Shown piece by piece: positions 27,363 to 36,764 of a stretch of 64,000 nucleotides of DNA (positions within the stretch are counted from its first letter, which is position 1; each line of letters starts with the position of its first letter). This DNA comes from an uncultured bacterium. Lineage in GTDB: Bacteria > Oederibacteriota > PGYV01 > CAWJRG01. The notes beneath the pieces are model-generated. The model searched no databases and had not been told where the DNA came from. It saw nothing but the letters and a program-made list of their open reading frames with translations. The stretch covers positions 416,001 through 480,000 of the forward strand of contig CAWJRG010000010.1 in NCBI GenBank assembly GCA_963845185.1, written 5' to 3'. The translations under genes and the position numbers were made by a program.

Positions 27363-28361
27363 TTAATTCGACCACCACACGTTGTTATAATTAACAGTGA
27401 CGTTAGTTCCTGCTATTACCCACATTTCATTGTTATACACTACACTCGTATGGCCCACTCTCGGGCTGAATCCCGCGTTTCCTGTCGTTTCAGTCCAGTT
27501 TGTTCCGTCGCTCGAATGCCATATGTCATTTAAAAAACTGCTGCTTCCATTTTGCCCTGCTATCACCCACATTTCATTGTCAAATACCAGAACCGTAGGA
27601 GCTATCCGTGCGCCAAAATTCGCGCCGGACGTTGCCTGATTCCATGTTATTCCGTCACTTGAACTCCACACATCACTTAAATAAGTGGCGCCGTCGAGCC
27701 CTGCCGCTATCCACATCTTATTGTTATAAACCACGCTCACAAAATAACACCTTGGGCTGAAGCCTCCTGAAGCCGTTGCCCGCACCCAGTTTACTCCGTC
27801 GCTTGAGCTCCATGCATCACTCAAATAGCCGGTGGAAATGCCATATCCGCTTATTACCCACATCGCATTATTATATACTACGCTTGCATGCCCGTTTCTG
27901 GCAGAAAATGCCGCTGCCGTCGTGGTGCAACCCCAGCTTATACCGTCGCTTGAATACCATACATCGTTTAGATAGCCTCCGGTAAAGCCACCTATCACCC
28001 ACATTTCATTATTAAACACAACGCTTGTGTGTAATTTCCTTGGGACAAACCCTGCTGCTGCCGTCGCCTGGTTCCATGTTGCCCCGTCGCTTGAGCTCCA
28101 TACATCACTTTTCAGGCCGCCCGAATCATTGCCGGCTATCACCCACATTTTATTATTTAACACAACGCTCGTGTGGGCATTTCTTGCGCTAAAAAGCGCC
28201 GCAGAAGTTGCTTTTGTCCAGTTAAGGCCCGGGACCGGGGTATTTGTAGGCGTGGCTGTTGAGGCAGTCGGCGGCGCAGTAGGTGTTTTTATTTTCCTGC
28301 ATGCGTTTGCCAAAGTTAAAATAATAATTACTAAAAATATTGCCGTCAGTATTTTTTTCAT
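27363..28361 (-). CDS. Lipoprotein with Kelch-like beta-propeller repeats
   Basis: Lipobox-like ANAC; six F..R..H.SVV.NN.MWVI.G...DVW.S.DG repeats. Confidence 0.85.
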   Translation of the reverse strand: MKKILTAIFLVIIILTLANACRKIKTPTAPPTASTATPTNTPVPGLNWTKATSAALFSARNAHTSVVLNNKMWVIAGNDSGGLKSDVWSSSDGATWNQATAAAGFVPRKLHTSVVFNNEMWVIGGFTGGYLNDVWYSSDGISWGCTTTAAAFSARNGHASVVYNNAMWVISGYGISTGYLSDAWSSSDGVNWVRATASGGFSPRCYFVSVVYNNKMWIAAGLDGATYLSDVWSSSDGITWNQATSGANFGARIAPTVLVFDNEMWVIAGQNGSSSFLNDIWHSSDGTNWTETTGNAGFSPRVGHTSVVYNNEMWVIAGTNVTVNYNNVWWSN

Positions 28362-28362
28362 G

Positions 28363-28974
28363 TTAAAACTCCTTTTTTAAGGCCAGCTTGACCTGCCCTT
28401 TATTTGGGTCATAGCCTGCCGAAATATTTACAGGGAAAGCGGCGTGGATAAAAAACACGTCGGCTAAAGTGTATATCACCGCAGCGCCGGCCAGGCTGCT
28501 GAATAATACCATGGTATTTTGCTTGCTTTGCGCGTTATCCATATCCCCCAGCAGTGTCTGGTAATTCTGCTGGGTTGTGTAGTTTATTTGCGCGTATAAA
28601 TTGTTATAACTATCAAGCGTGTTGTTATAATCAAGATATTCGTATGCTGATATGCCGACAAGGGCCAGGTCAACTATCACCATGGCGATTGATGCGGGGT
28701 AAATTGATGTTTTTGGTTTTTCTTCAGGCTGAATCGCTGCTGCCTGCTTTTGCACGTTTGATTTTTTGACTATTTGCTCAAGCTTGACTATAAAGCTCCC
28801 GAGCTGCGTGGTGGGATTTTCCGAGAAAGCTTCCTTGTAATATTTCAGCGCCTCATTGTAATTGCCTGCCATGTAAGCTTCTTTGCCCTTGTTCATGTCC
28901 TGGCTGTAATCCGCAAACGCGCTGCTCCCCAAAAGCATAATTAACACAAAAAGACTAACCAGGAATTTCTTCAT
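28363..28974 (-). CDS. Exported TPR-containing membrane protein
   Basis: Signal peptide, TPR-like GKEAYMAGNYNEALKYY, two hydrophobic segments, C-terminal Phe. Confidence 0.7.
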   Translation of the reverse strand: MKKFLVSLFVLIMLLGSSAFADYSQDMNKGKEAYMAGNYNEALKYYKEAFSENPTTQLGSFIVKLEQIVKKSNVQKQAAAIQPEEKPKTSIYPASIAMVIVDLALVGISAYEYLDYNNTLDSYNNLYAQINYTTQQNYQTLLGDMDNAQSKQNTMVLFSSLAGAAVIYTLADVFFIHAAFPVNISAGYDPNKGQVKLALKKEF

Positions 28975-29108
28975 TTTTTAACCTTCCCATTTTTTATTTA
29001 AATAAAGTATATAACAGTTTCTTCCGTTTGTCAAAGCCAAAGCATTTTCGATATTGTCTTTATTAGTGTGTAATTTCAATTCTATTATAATTAGAAAGAG
29101 AAACCCCT

Positions 29109-29249
29109 TCTCTGAAAAGGCTTGTCAAGCACAAATCCAAGTATAAGGGCTAAAATGTTAATTAACCTTCTCTTCGCCGCAGTTCTTTTCACCCGGCATT
29201 ATAACAAATCAAATTAAGGCCCTCTAACCTCTCCCACAGCCCAGAAGAT
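29109..29249 (-). ncRNA. Putative bridge RNA / seekRNA in the downstream non-coding end
   Basis: Contains GGGAGAGG (target match, 29228-29235) and AGAGAAGG (circle-junction match, 29166-29173), each followed by TTA. Confidence 0.7.
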
Positions 29250-30299
29250 TTACTGACTCAGGGGAAAACAGAGCGGCCTATAAGTATATTTTTTATATAT
29301 CCTTTCTTCATAACCACGATTTTCTTTGAGCATTTTAAATATTATTTCTGCCATGTGCCTTGCAACTGCTATTATTGCCTTGTTTGAACCTCTGCGGCTT
29401 TTTACGTTCAAGTATATTGATTTAAAATACAAAGAACTTCTTACCGCTGTCCAAGCTGCTTCTACAAACGCACATTTTAAATGTTTGTTTGCCTGCCTTA
29501 TTATCGGACCTCTATGTATTGTTTTATTACTCGCATATTCGCTTGGAACCAATCCGGCATATGACGCTAATCGTTTTGCCTTAGAGAATCTATTTATATC
29601 AACTATTTCAAACGCCACTACCTTTGAAAGAACTTCTCCAAATCCAGGTACCGTCTTTATTATTTCCACATATCTATCTTTCCCTGTCATTTCTTTTGCA
29701 AGTTTTTCTGTTGCCTTTATTCCTGTATTAAGTTCGTCCACCAAATGCATCTCGAGGTTCAGCAATTCACGTTCGCTTTTTACCAGTTCGACTCTTTCTA
29801 TTGTGTCCCTGCCTTTTTTCCCAAACAAATCGCTGTGTACGCTTGTATCTATATGGTTCCTTGTCAATAACTGGTGCACCCTATTTTTTACAGCTGTCCG
29901 TGTGCTCACCAGGAATTGCCTCTCTCTTAATATGTTCTTCTTAAGCCTTATTTCCTTCGACGGCACATATACTTCCGGTATTAAATTTGCTCTCAACAAA
30001 TGGGCCAATATCTCCGAATCCCTTACATCGTTTTTTATCTGGCTTTCCGCTATCGCTCTCAGCTTCTGCGCATGCGCCAATTTTGTCTTTACGCCGAGTT
30101 CCTCCAAAAGGTCGTACACTACTCCCCAGCAGTACGTTGTCTCAATTACCGCTTCGCATTCCTCTCCAATCTCAGCCAGCATTTTCTTAAAATCCTCTGT
30201 CCTGTTTGAAAGAGCTCCTCTAAATCTGACTTGACCTTCTTTTGTCACCGCTGTAACATAAGACACGTTCTTGTGCACGTCCACACCAAGATACAACAT
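29250..30299 (-). CDS. IS110 family DEDD recombinase/transposase
   Basis: LGVDVHK, VIET, KNDVRDS (DEDD), TVPGFG, SYAGLVPSEYAS, AIIAVAR; AGGAGG RBS. Confidence 0.95.
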   Translation of the reverse strand: MLYLGVDVHKNVSYVTAVTKEGQVRFRGALSNRTEDFKKMLAEIGEECEAVIETTYCWGVVYDLLEELGVKTKLAHAQKLRAIAESQIKNDVRDSEILAHLLRANLIPEVYVPSKEIRLKKNILRERQFLVSTRTAVKNRVHQLLTRNHIDTSVHSDLFGKKGRDTIERVELVKSERELLNLEMHLVDELNTGIKATEKLAKEMTGKDRYVEIIKTVPGFGEVLSKVVAFEIVDINRFSKAKRLASYAGLVPSEYASNKTIHRGPIIRQANKHLKCAFVEAAWTAVRSSLYFKSIYLNVKSRRGSNKAIIAVARHMAEIIFKMLKENRGYEERIYKKYTYRPLCFPLSQ

Positions 30300-30542
30300 A
30301 CGGCACCTCCTAGGTTTTTAATGTTGTGGGTGCTAACACACGCCACGTTACCATTATACCTGGGGGTGCCTTCTTTTCATATTACCTCTCCCTTGATGGG
30401 AGAGGGACAGGGTGAGGGTGATAATTCCTATATTTCCTCCGCCCCCTCTCTCTTACTCTCTCCCTCAAGGGGCGAGAGTCTGTTTGTTTTTGAAATTACA
30501 CACAATAGTGTACACTAACGCATCTTCAAGGCAAATATTATA

Positions 30543-33500
30543 TTAACGAATCACGAATATCGTGCCCATTTTTAATATATCGGACTTTAACTTGATTATA
30601 TAATAATACACCCCTGGAGATACTGGGCTGCCGTATGAATTCCTGCCGTTCCAGTACACATCCGGAGTCTGCGCCGTCAGTGAAATTACAAGCTCCACTG
30701 ATATTGTGTAAATGTATATGTTTGCGCCGATAGGCAGGTTGATGATTTTTAAAGTCCCATCAAATGCTTTGCCGGGGCTGAAAGGGTTGGGATAAATAAT
30801 AATGTCACCAATGGGATATGGAGTAGGTGTTGGCGTGATTGTAGGCGATATTGTTATAGTGGGCGTTATGCTTGATGTGGGTGTTTGTGTTGAAGTAATC
30901 GTGCCGGTCGGCGATATTGTATAAGTTGGGGTCGGGGTAAACGTTTCCGTTATTGTTAATGTCGCTGTGTCCGTATAAGTAATTGTATAGGTTGACGTCA
31001 CGGTATAAGTCGGCGTTAATGTATAAGTCCGTGTTATTGTAGCAGTGTTTGTACTTGTGCTTGTAGTTGTGGCGGTGTATGTATTTGTATATGTGCATGT
31101 AGGAGACTTTGTGTTTGTATAAGTTGGCGTCGGGCTGGCGCATGCGCCGAATTCCTGGATTCTGTAATTGTATGTATCTGCAATATATATATTGCCGTTG
31201 CTGGACACTGCTACTGCTTCAGGCCAATTAAACTGCCCGGCACTGCTTCCAGCACTGCCCCATTGTGTTATATATACCCCGCTTGATGTGAATTTCTGTA
31301 TCCTGTTGTTGTTCATATCTATCACATATATGTTCCCGCTGCTGTCCGTGGCTATTCCAGTAGGATCATTGAACTGCCCTGCCCCGCTCCCGGCGCTGCC
31401 CCATTGTGTTATATATACACCGCTTGATGTGAATTTCTGTATCCTGTTGTTCACCATATCAGTCACATAAATATTTCCGCTATTATCAATGGCTATGTTA
31501 ATAGGTGAATTAAATTGTCCATTACCGTTACCAAGACTTCCCCATTGTGCTAAATAATTTCCGGCCGAATCAAATTTTTGTATCCTGTTGTTAATTGTAT
31601 CCGCAACATACACGTTTCCGCTGCTGTCCGTGACTAATCCGTGGGGAGTACTGAATTGCCCGTTGCCGCTTCCAGCGCTGCCCCATTGAGTTATATATGC
31701 TCCGCTTGATGTAAATTTCTCTATCCTGTTATTCCAGCTATCCGAAACATAAATATTGCTGCTGCTGTCCGCGGTTACTCCGCAAGGATGATTAAACTGC
31801 CCGTTGCCGCTTCCAGAACTACCCCATTGAGTTATATAACTTCCACTTGAAGTGAATTCCTGTATCCTGCTATTGTCTATATCCGCCACATAAATATTGC
31901 CGCTGCTGTCTACGGCTAAATTCCACGGAGAATTAAATTGCCCATTGCCGGTTCCCAAAATACCCCATGCCGTGATAAAACAGGGCGGTGGTACAGCTTC
32001 CGGTGTATTGGTTGGCGTTATGGACATAGTGTTTGTCGGTGTCTCTGTTTGAGTTATTGTTTGTGTTATTGAAGGCGTTGCCGACAAAGTGGGCGTCGGG
32101 CTGAGGCACGCGCCGAATTCTTCCATCCTGTAATTGCCCCCGTCTGAAGCATAAATGTCTCCGCTGCTGTCCACTGCTACTCCGTTAACACCTTCAAACT
32201 GCCCACTGTTTGTTCCAGTACTGCCCCACTGCGTTATATACGCGCCCGTGCTGCTGAATTCCTCGATCCTGTTATTCCCGTCGTCTGCAACATATACGTT
32301 TCCGCTGCTGTCCACTGCCACTTCCACAGGATAGTTAAGCTGCCCGTCGCCGCTTCCGGGATTTAAATATGAACTTCCAAACTGGGTAATATATGCTCCT
32401 GTGCTGCTGAATACCTCAATTCTGTTATTATTCAGGTCTGCGACATACACATCCCCGCCGCTGCCCACTGCTATTCCGTAAGGATAATTAAACTGCCCGT
32501 TCCCGGATCCAAGGCTTCCCCACTGTGTTATATATGTTCCCGTGCTGGTAAATTCTTCAATCCTGTTGTTGCTGGAATCTGCTACATACACGTTTCCGCT
32601 GCCTGATATCGCTACTCCATGGGGTTGGTTTAACCCTCCGCCCCATTGTGTTATATATGTTCCTGTGCTGCTGAACTCTTCGATTCTGCCATTGGTCCAG
32701 TCTGCAACAAATACATTTCCGCTGCTGTCTATTGCCATTCCGGTGGGGCCTCCAAACTGGCCGTTGCCGCTCCCGCCGCTGCCAAATTGCGTTATATACG
32801 CGCCTGTGCTGCTGAACACTTCAATCCTGTTATTAATTCCATCCGCAACATACACGTCCCCGCTGCCTGATACTGCCACTTCCCATGGGACTCCAAACTG
32901 CCCGTTGCCGTTTCCATAACTGCCCCATGCCCTGATAAAACAAGGCGCCCCGGGCGCTGTCGTGCTTGTCGGCGTCGGGGTTATATTGCACGGTCCGAAT
33001 TCTTCAATCCTGTTGTTTGAATAATCGGAAATATAAATATCCCCACTGCTGTTTACTGCCACTCCATAAGGATTGCGGAACTGCCAGTTGCCGTTTCCGG
33101 GACTGCCCCATTGCGTTATGTATGTGCCTGTGCTGCTGAATTCTTCGACCCTGTCAAGAGTGGAATTATTTTCCGCTACATACACGTTTCCGCTGCTGTC
33201 TATTGCTATCCCTACAGGGTTAAGAAACTGTGCGGGGTCGCTTCCATAACCGCCAAACTGTGTTATATACGCGCCCGAACTGCTGAATTCTTCGACCCTG
33301 TCATTGCTTGAATCTACTACATATACGTTTCCGCTGCTGTCTGTTGCTATCCCGGTAGGTTCAATAATCTGCCCGTTGCCGCTTCCATAACTGCCGAATT
33401 GGGTTATGTACACGCCAGTGCTGGTGAATTTTTCGATCCTGTCATTACCGCCGTCCGTAACATACACGTTTCCGCTGCTGTCTGTTGCTATTCCGTTGGG

Positions 33501-35692
33501 ACGGACAAACTGCCCGTCGCCTGCTCCATGACCGCCCCATTGTGTGATATATGCGCCTGTACTGCTGAATTCCTCTATCCTGAGATTACCATAATCTATG
33601 ACATATACGTTCCCGCCTGCGCCGACTGCCACTCCAACAGGGTTGATAAACTGCCCATAGCCGGATCCGGAAATTCCCCACTGGGTAATATACGCTCCTG
33701 TGCTGCTGAATTCCTCTATCCTGTTATTACCAGAATCCGCGACATACACGTCCCCGTTGCTGTCTGTTGCTATTCCTTTAGGGCCATAAAACTGTCCGTT
33801 GCCGCTCCCGCCGCTGCCCACTGCAGTAATAAAACATGGCGTCGGCCCTGATACTAAAGTGGCAGTATTGGTCGGCATCAAAGTAAATGTGCCTGTCGGA
33901 GACACTACAGGCGTGTCTGTCAAAGACGCAGTCGGTGTAAACGTGTCCGGCGGGGTAGGCGTTATGGAAGGAGTATCTGTCACAGATACTACAGGAGTAT
34001 TTGTCATTGTCGAGCCGGGCGGCACTGGCGTATCTGTCTGGGTTGTTGTCGGTACGCACAAGCACATTATATTAGTCCATGGGGATAATATCGGGCATAT
34101 TATGGAACTGTCAGGCGATGATTCTGTTTGAAATATGATACTATACGAAAACAGGTGCCACCCGCCCCAGGACCCGGCGCCCAGCAGTTTGCTGGGGCAG
34201 TTGCGCCCGGACCTCCAGCGCTTGTGTCGCCGTAAGTCACTGTTATCTGCCCTGTATTGGCAGCCAGGCCCGCAACCTCAACTGTTATATTGCCTCCGCT
34301 TACGCTTGAGCTGACCAGAGTCCCGCTGTTTACTGTTACTGTAAAATATCCCGGGTCAGTAGTTGTTGCGCTCGGCGTGTTCCATCCTGTCCCGGACATT
34401 GTTATTATTAAAGTCCCGTATCCGGGCAAGCTCGCCATGTGTCAGGCCCTGCTGTATAAGTAAAAACAATCGTATTGCCAGTGCTTCCCGCACAAAATGA
34501 TGCCGGGTTTACAGCTATGCTCCCCTCGCCGATACATTGCGTTTGTGTCACAGTTGGAGTGGACGTATTCTGCGGAGTCTCTGTTCCGGTAAATGTCTGT
34601 GTTACAGGCAGCGTGTTTGTCGGAGATACTATGGGTGTGTTTGTCAACGACGCAGTCTGCGTCGGCGTATCCTGCGGAGTCGGTGTTTCGGTAAATGTCG
34701 GCGTCATAGAAGGCGTGCTTGTTGCCGATACAACAGGCGTTATTGTCGGGCTTGGGCATGTGCCGAATTCCTGTATCCTGTAATTTAAAGTGTCTGCAAC
34801 ATACACATCCCCATTGCTGTCTATAGCTATTCCGTCAGGATCATTAAACTGCCCGTTGCCGCTTCCTTCACTTCCCCATTGTGTAATGTATGCGCCTGTG
34901 CTGCTGAATTCCTGTACCCTGTAATTGCCGTCCACGATATAAACATCCCCGCTGCTGTCTATTGTCACTCCGACAGGATGATTAAACTGCCCGTTGCCGT
35001 ATCCCTGGGTGCCCCATTGTGTTATATAATTGCCTGAACTGTCGAATTCTTCGATTCTGTTATTATATTGGTCCAGGACATACACGTCCCCGTTGCTGTC
35101 TGCTGCTATTCCCGTGGTTATATTAAACTGCCCATTTCCCGTTTCCAATGCCGCCCCATTGTGTAATGTATGCGCCTGTACTGCTGAATTCCTGGACCCT
35201 GTTATTATTCGAGTCAGTTACATATATATACCCGCTGCTGTCTATTGCTATCCCATAAGGGGACCAAAACTGCCCGTTGGCCTGACCTCCGCTTCCCCAT
35301 TGTGTTATGTAATTGCCCGAGCTGTCGAATTCTTCGATTCTGTTATTATCCAGGTCTGCAACATACACATTCCCGCTGCTGTCTATTGCCAGTCCTTCAG
35401 GGTCCATAAACTGCCCGTTGCCGGTTCCATAACTGCCCCATTGTGTAATATATGTCCCTGTGCTGCTGAATTCTTCTATTCTACTGTTTACTGAGTTGTC
35501 TGCAACATACACATCCCCGCTGCTGTTTATTGCTATCCCATTCGGGGAATCAAACTGCCCGTTACCGCTTCCGTAAGTTCCCCAGCTGAGAATATAACAG
35601 GGCGGGGCAGTGCCTGCGAATAAATTATTTGCCGCGAAAATAAATGACAATAACAAAATTGTGGTTATTATTTTTGCCTTACTTTTGCCCAC
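30543..35692 (-). pseudogene. Large secreted NHL-repeat protein (4 x 6 blades, Thr/Pro linkers, PNP-type Ig-like CTD), split by 3 frameshifts
   Basis: Four consecutive ORFs join after single-base corrections near 35138, 34435 and 34148 (about 1716 aa); may be intact if these are sequencing errors. Confidence 0.8.
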
Positions 35693-35778
35693 CTATAATG
35701 CTCCTTTTAAAAAATATGCATCTTTTCCGCTCCAGTTGACATAAATGCATTAAAACGCCCTTAATTACAGGTTGAATT

Positions 35779-35798
35779 ATTAGACAAATTATACACCA
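35779..35798 (-). promoter_or_regulatory. Shared extended -10 promoter motif
   Basis: TGGTGTATAATTTGTCTAAT, identical to 40694-40713. Confidence 0.6.
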
Positions 35799-35880
35799 AT
35801 AAGTTCCTTGTTTATTTAAAAAAATTCAATGGTTTAAGGCTTTTTATTGTTTCGGCTTATAAAACCCCCTGCTTTTAAAA

Positions 35881-36471
35881 TCAGCTAAACTTATTATTAA
35901 TAATCCGTTCCACGTCCTTGAGCCAGTTTTTCCTTTGCTGCGGCGTGCTTGTTACCATGATGCCGTAGGTTTTCCTGTAAAAATCCTTTATTCCGGCCAG
36001 GCCGAACACGCAGTTTTTCCATATTGTCTCCAGCGGGTCCCTGAATGTTTTCTTTTCCCTTAGCGGCTTTGTATTTGAAGTATTAAAAACAATCGCGGTT
36101 TTTGCCTTTAACAGCCCTACAGGCACGCCCTCGCCCTTGTCGCCTTCCAGGAATTTATATGCTGTGCCAACCCTTATCACCCTGTCTATCCAGCCTTTCA
36201 TTATTGCCGGCGGCATGCCCCACCAGTTCGGGTGCACTATAATAATGCCGTTTGCTTCCCAGATTTCTTTGCAGTGCTTTTTTACGATTGCAGGCAGCAT
36301 CGCTCCTCTTTTATCTTCCCCCTCCGGCAAGACAGGCGGAAATTTTTCCTCGTAAAGGTCGTGGAAAATTATTTCACAGCCTTTTTTCTCAAGCGCCTTT
36401 GCCGCTGTTTCTGCTATTGCCCTGCAGAAACTTTTTTTGTTTGGATTTGCCAGTATTATCAATATTTTCAT
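35881..36471 (-). CDS. NAD(P)H-dependent oxidoreductase, flavodoxin-like fold
   Basis: ANPNKKSF, DLY, HPNWWGMPPAIMKGWIDRV. Confidence 0.9.
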   Translation of the reverse strand: MKILIILANPNKKSFCRAIAETAAKALEKKGCEIIFHDLYEEKFPPVLPEGEDKRGAMLPAIVKKHCKEIWEANGIIIVHPNWWGMPPAIMKGWIDRVIRVGTAYKFLEGDKGEGVPVGLLKAKTAIVFNTSNTKPLREKKTFRDPLETIWKNCVFGLAGIKDFYRKTYGIMVTSTPQQRKNWLKDVERIINNKFS

Positions 36472-36481
36472 TGCGTCTCCT

Positions 36482-36712
36482 TTATCGCTTATTAAACCAT
36501 TCTTTAATCTGTTTTGTTTTATCCCCCTGTATTTCTATTGTGCCGTTCTTTACAGTTCCGCCTGTTCCAAGGATTGTTTTTAAATCCTTTGCAATCGCGT
36601 TTAACCTGTATTCGCCGTAAGTGTGCAGGCCCGATATGATCGTCACCTGCTTCGCGCCCCTTTTTTCAAAGTATATTTTTGGCTTTGGCGGCTGCGGATT
36701 GGATTTTTTCAT
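36482..36712 (-). CDS. yciH: SUI1/eIF1-like translation factor (YciH)
   Basis: EKRGAKQVTIISGL...LKTILGTGGTVKNGTIEIQGD. Confidence 0.85.
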   Translation of the reverse strand: MKKSNPQPPKPKIYFEKRGAKQVTIISGLHTYGEYRLNAIAKDLKTILGTGGTVKNGTIEIQGDKTKQIKEWFNKR

Positions 36713-36764
36713 TGTAACGAACCGATAAATGTGGCTATAGTCGTAAACCGCATCAGTGTTTTCA

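Larger units (their letters stand above)
29106..30387 (-). mobile_element. IS110-family insertion sequence, IS1111-type
   Basis: CCT core at both ends (29106-29108, 30385-30387); sub-terminal IRs TGAAAAG (29113-29119) / CTTTTCA (30373-30379); excision restores the hairpin ccctctccc-ttgat-gggagaggg. Confidence 0.9.
29066..30503. mobile_element. MITE-like element copy 2, interrupted by the IS110-family element
   Basis: 14-bp TIRs gtgtgtaatttcaa (29066-29079) / ttgaaattacacac (30490-30503); 159 bp after removing the IS. Confidence 0.7.

Noticed and set aside
29326..30234. 302-aa plus-strand ORF
   Set aside because: Antisense shadow of the IS110 transposase, with no motifs or RBS.
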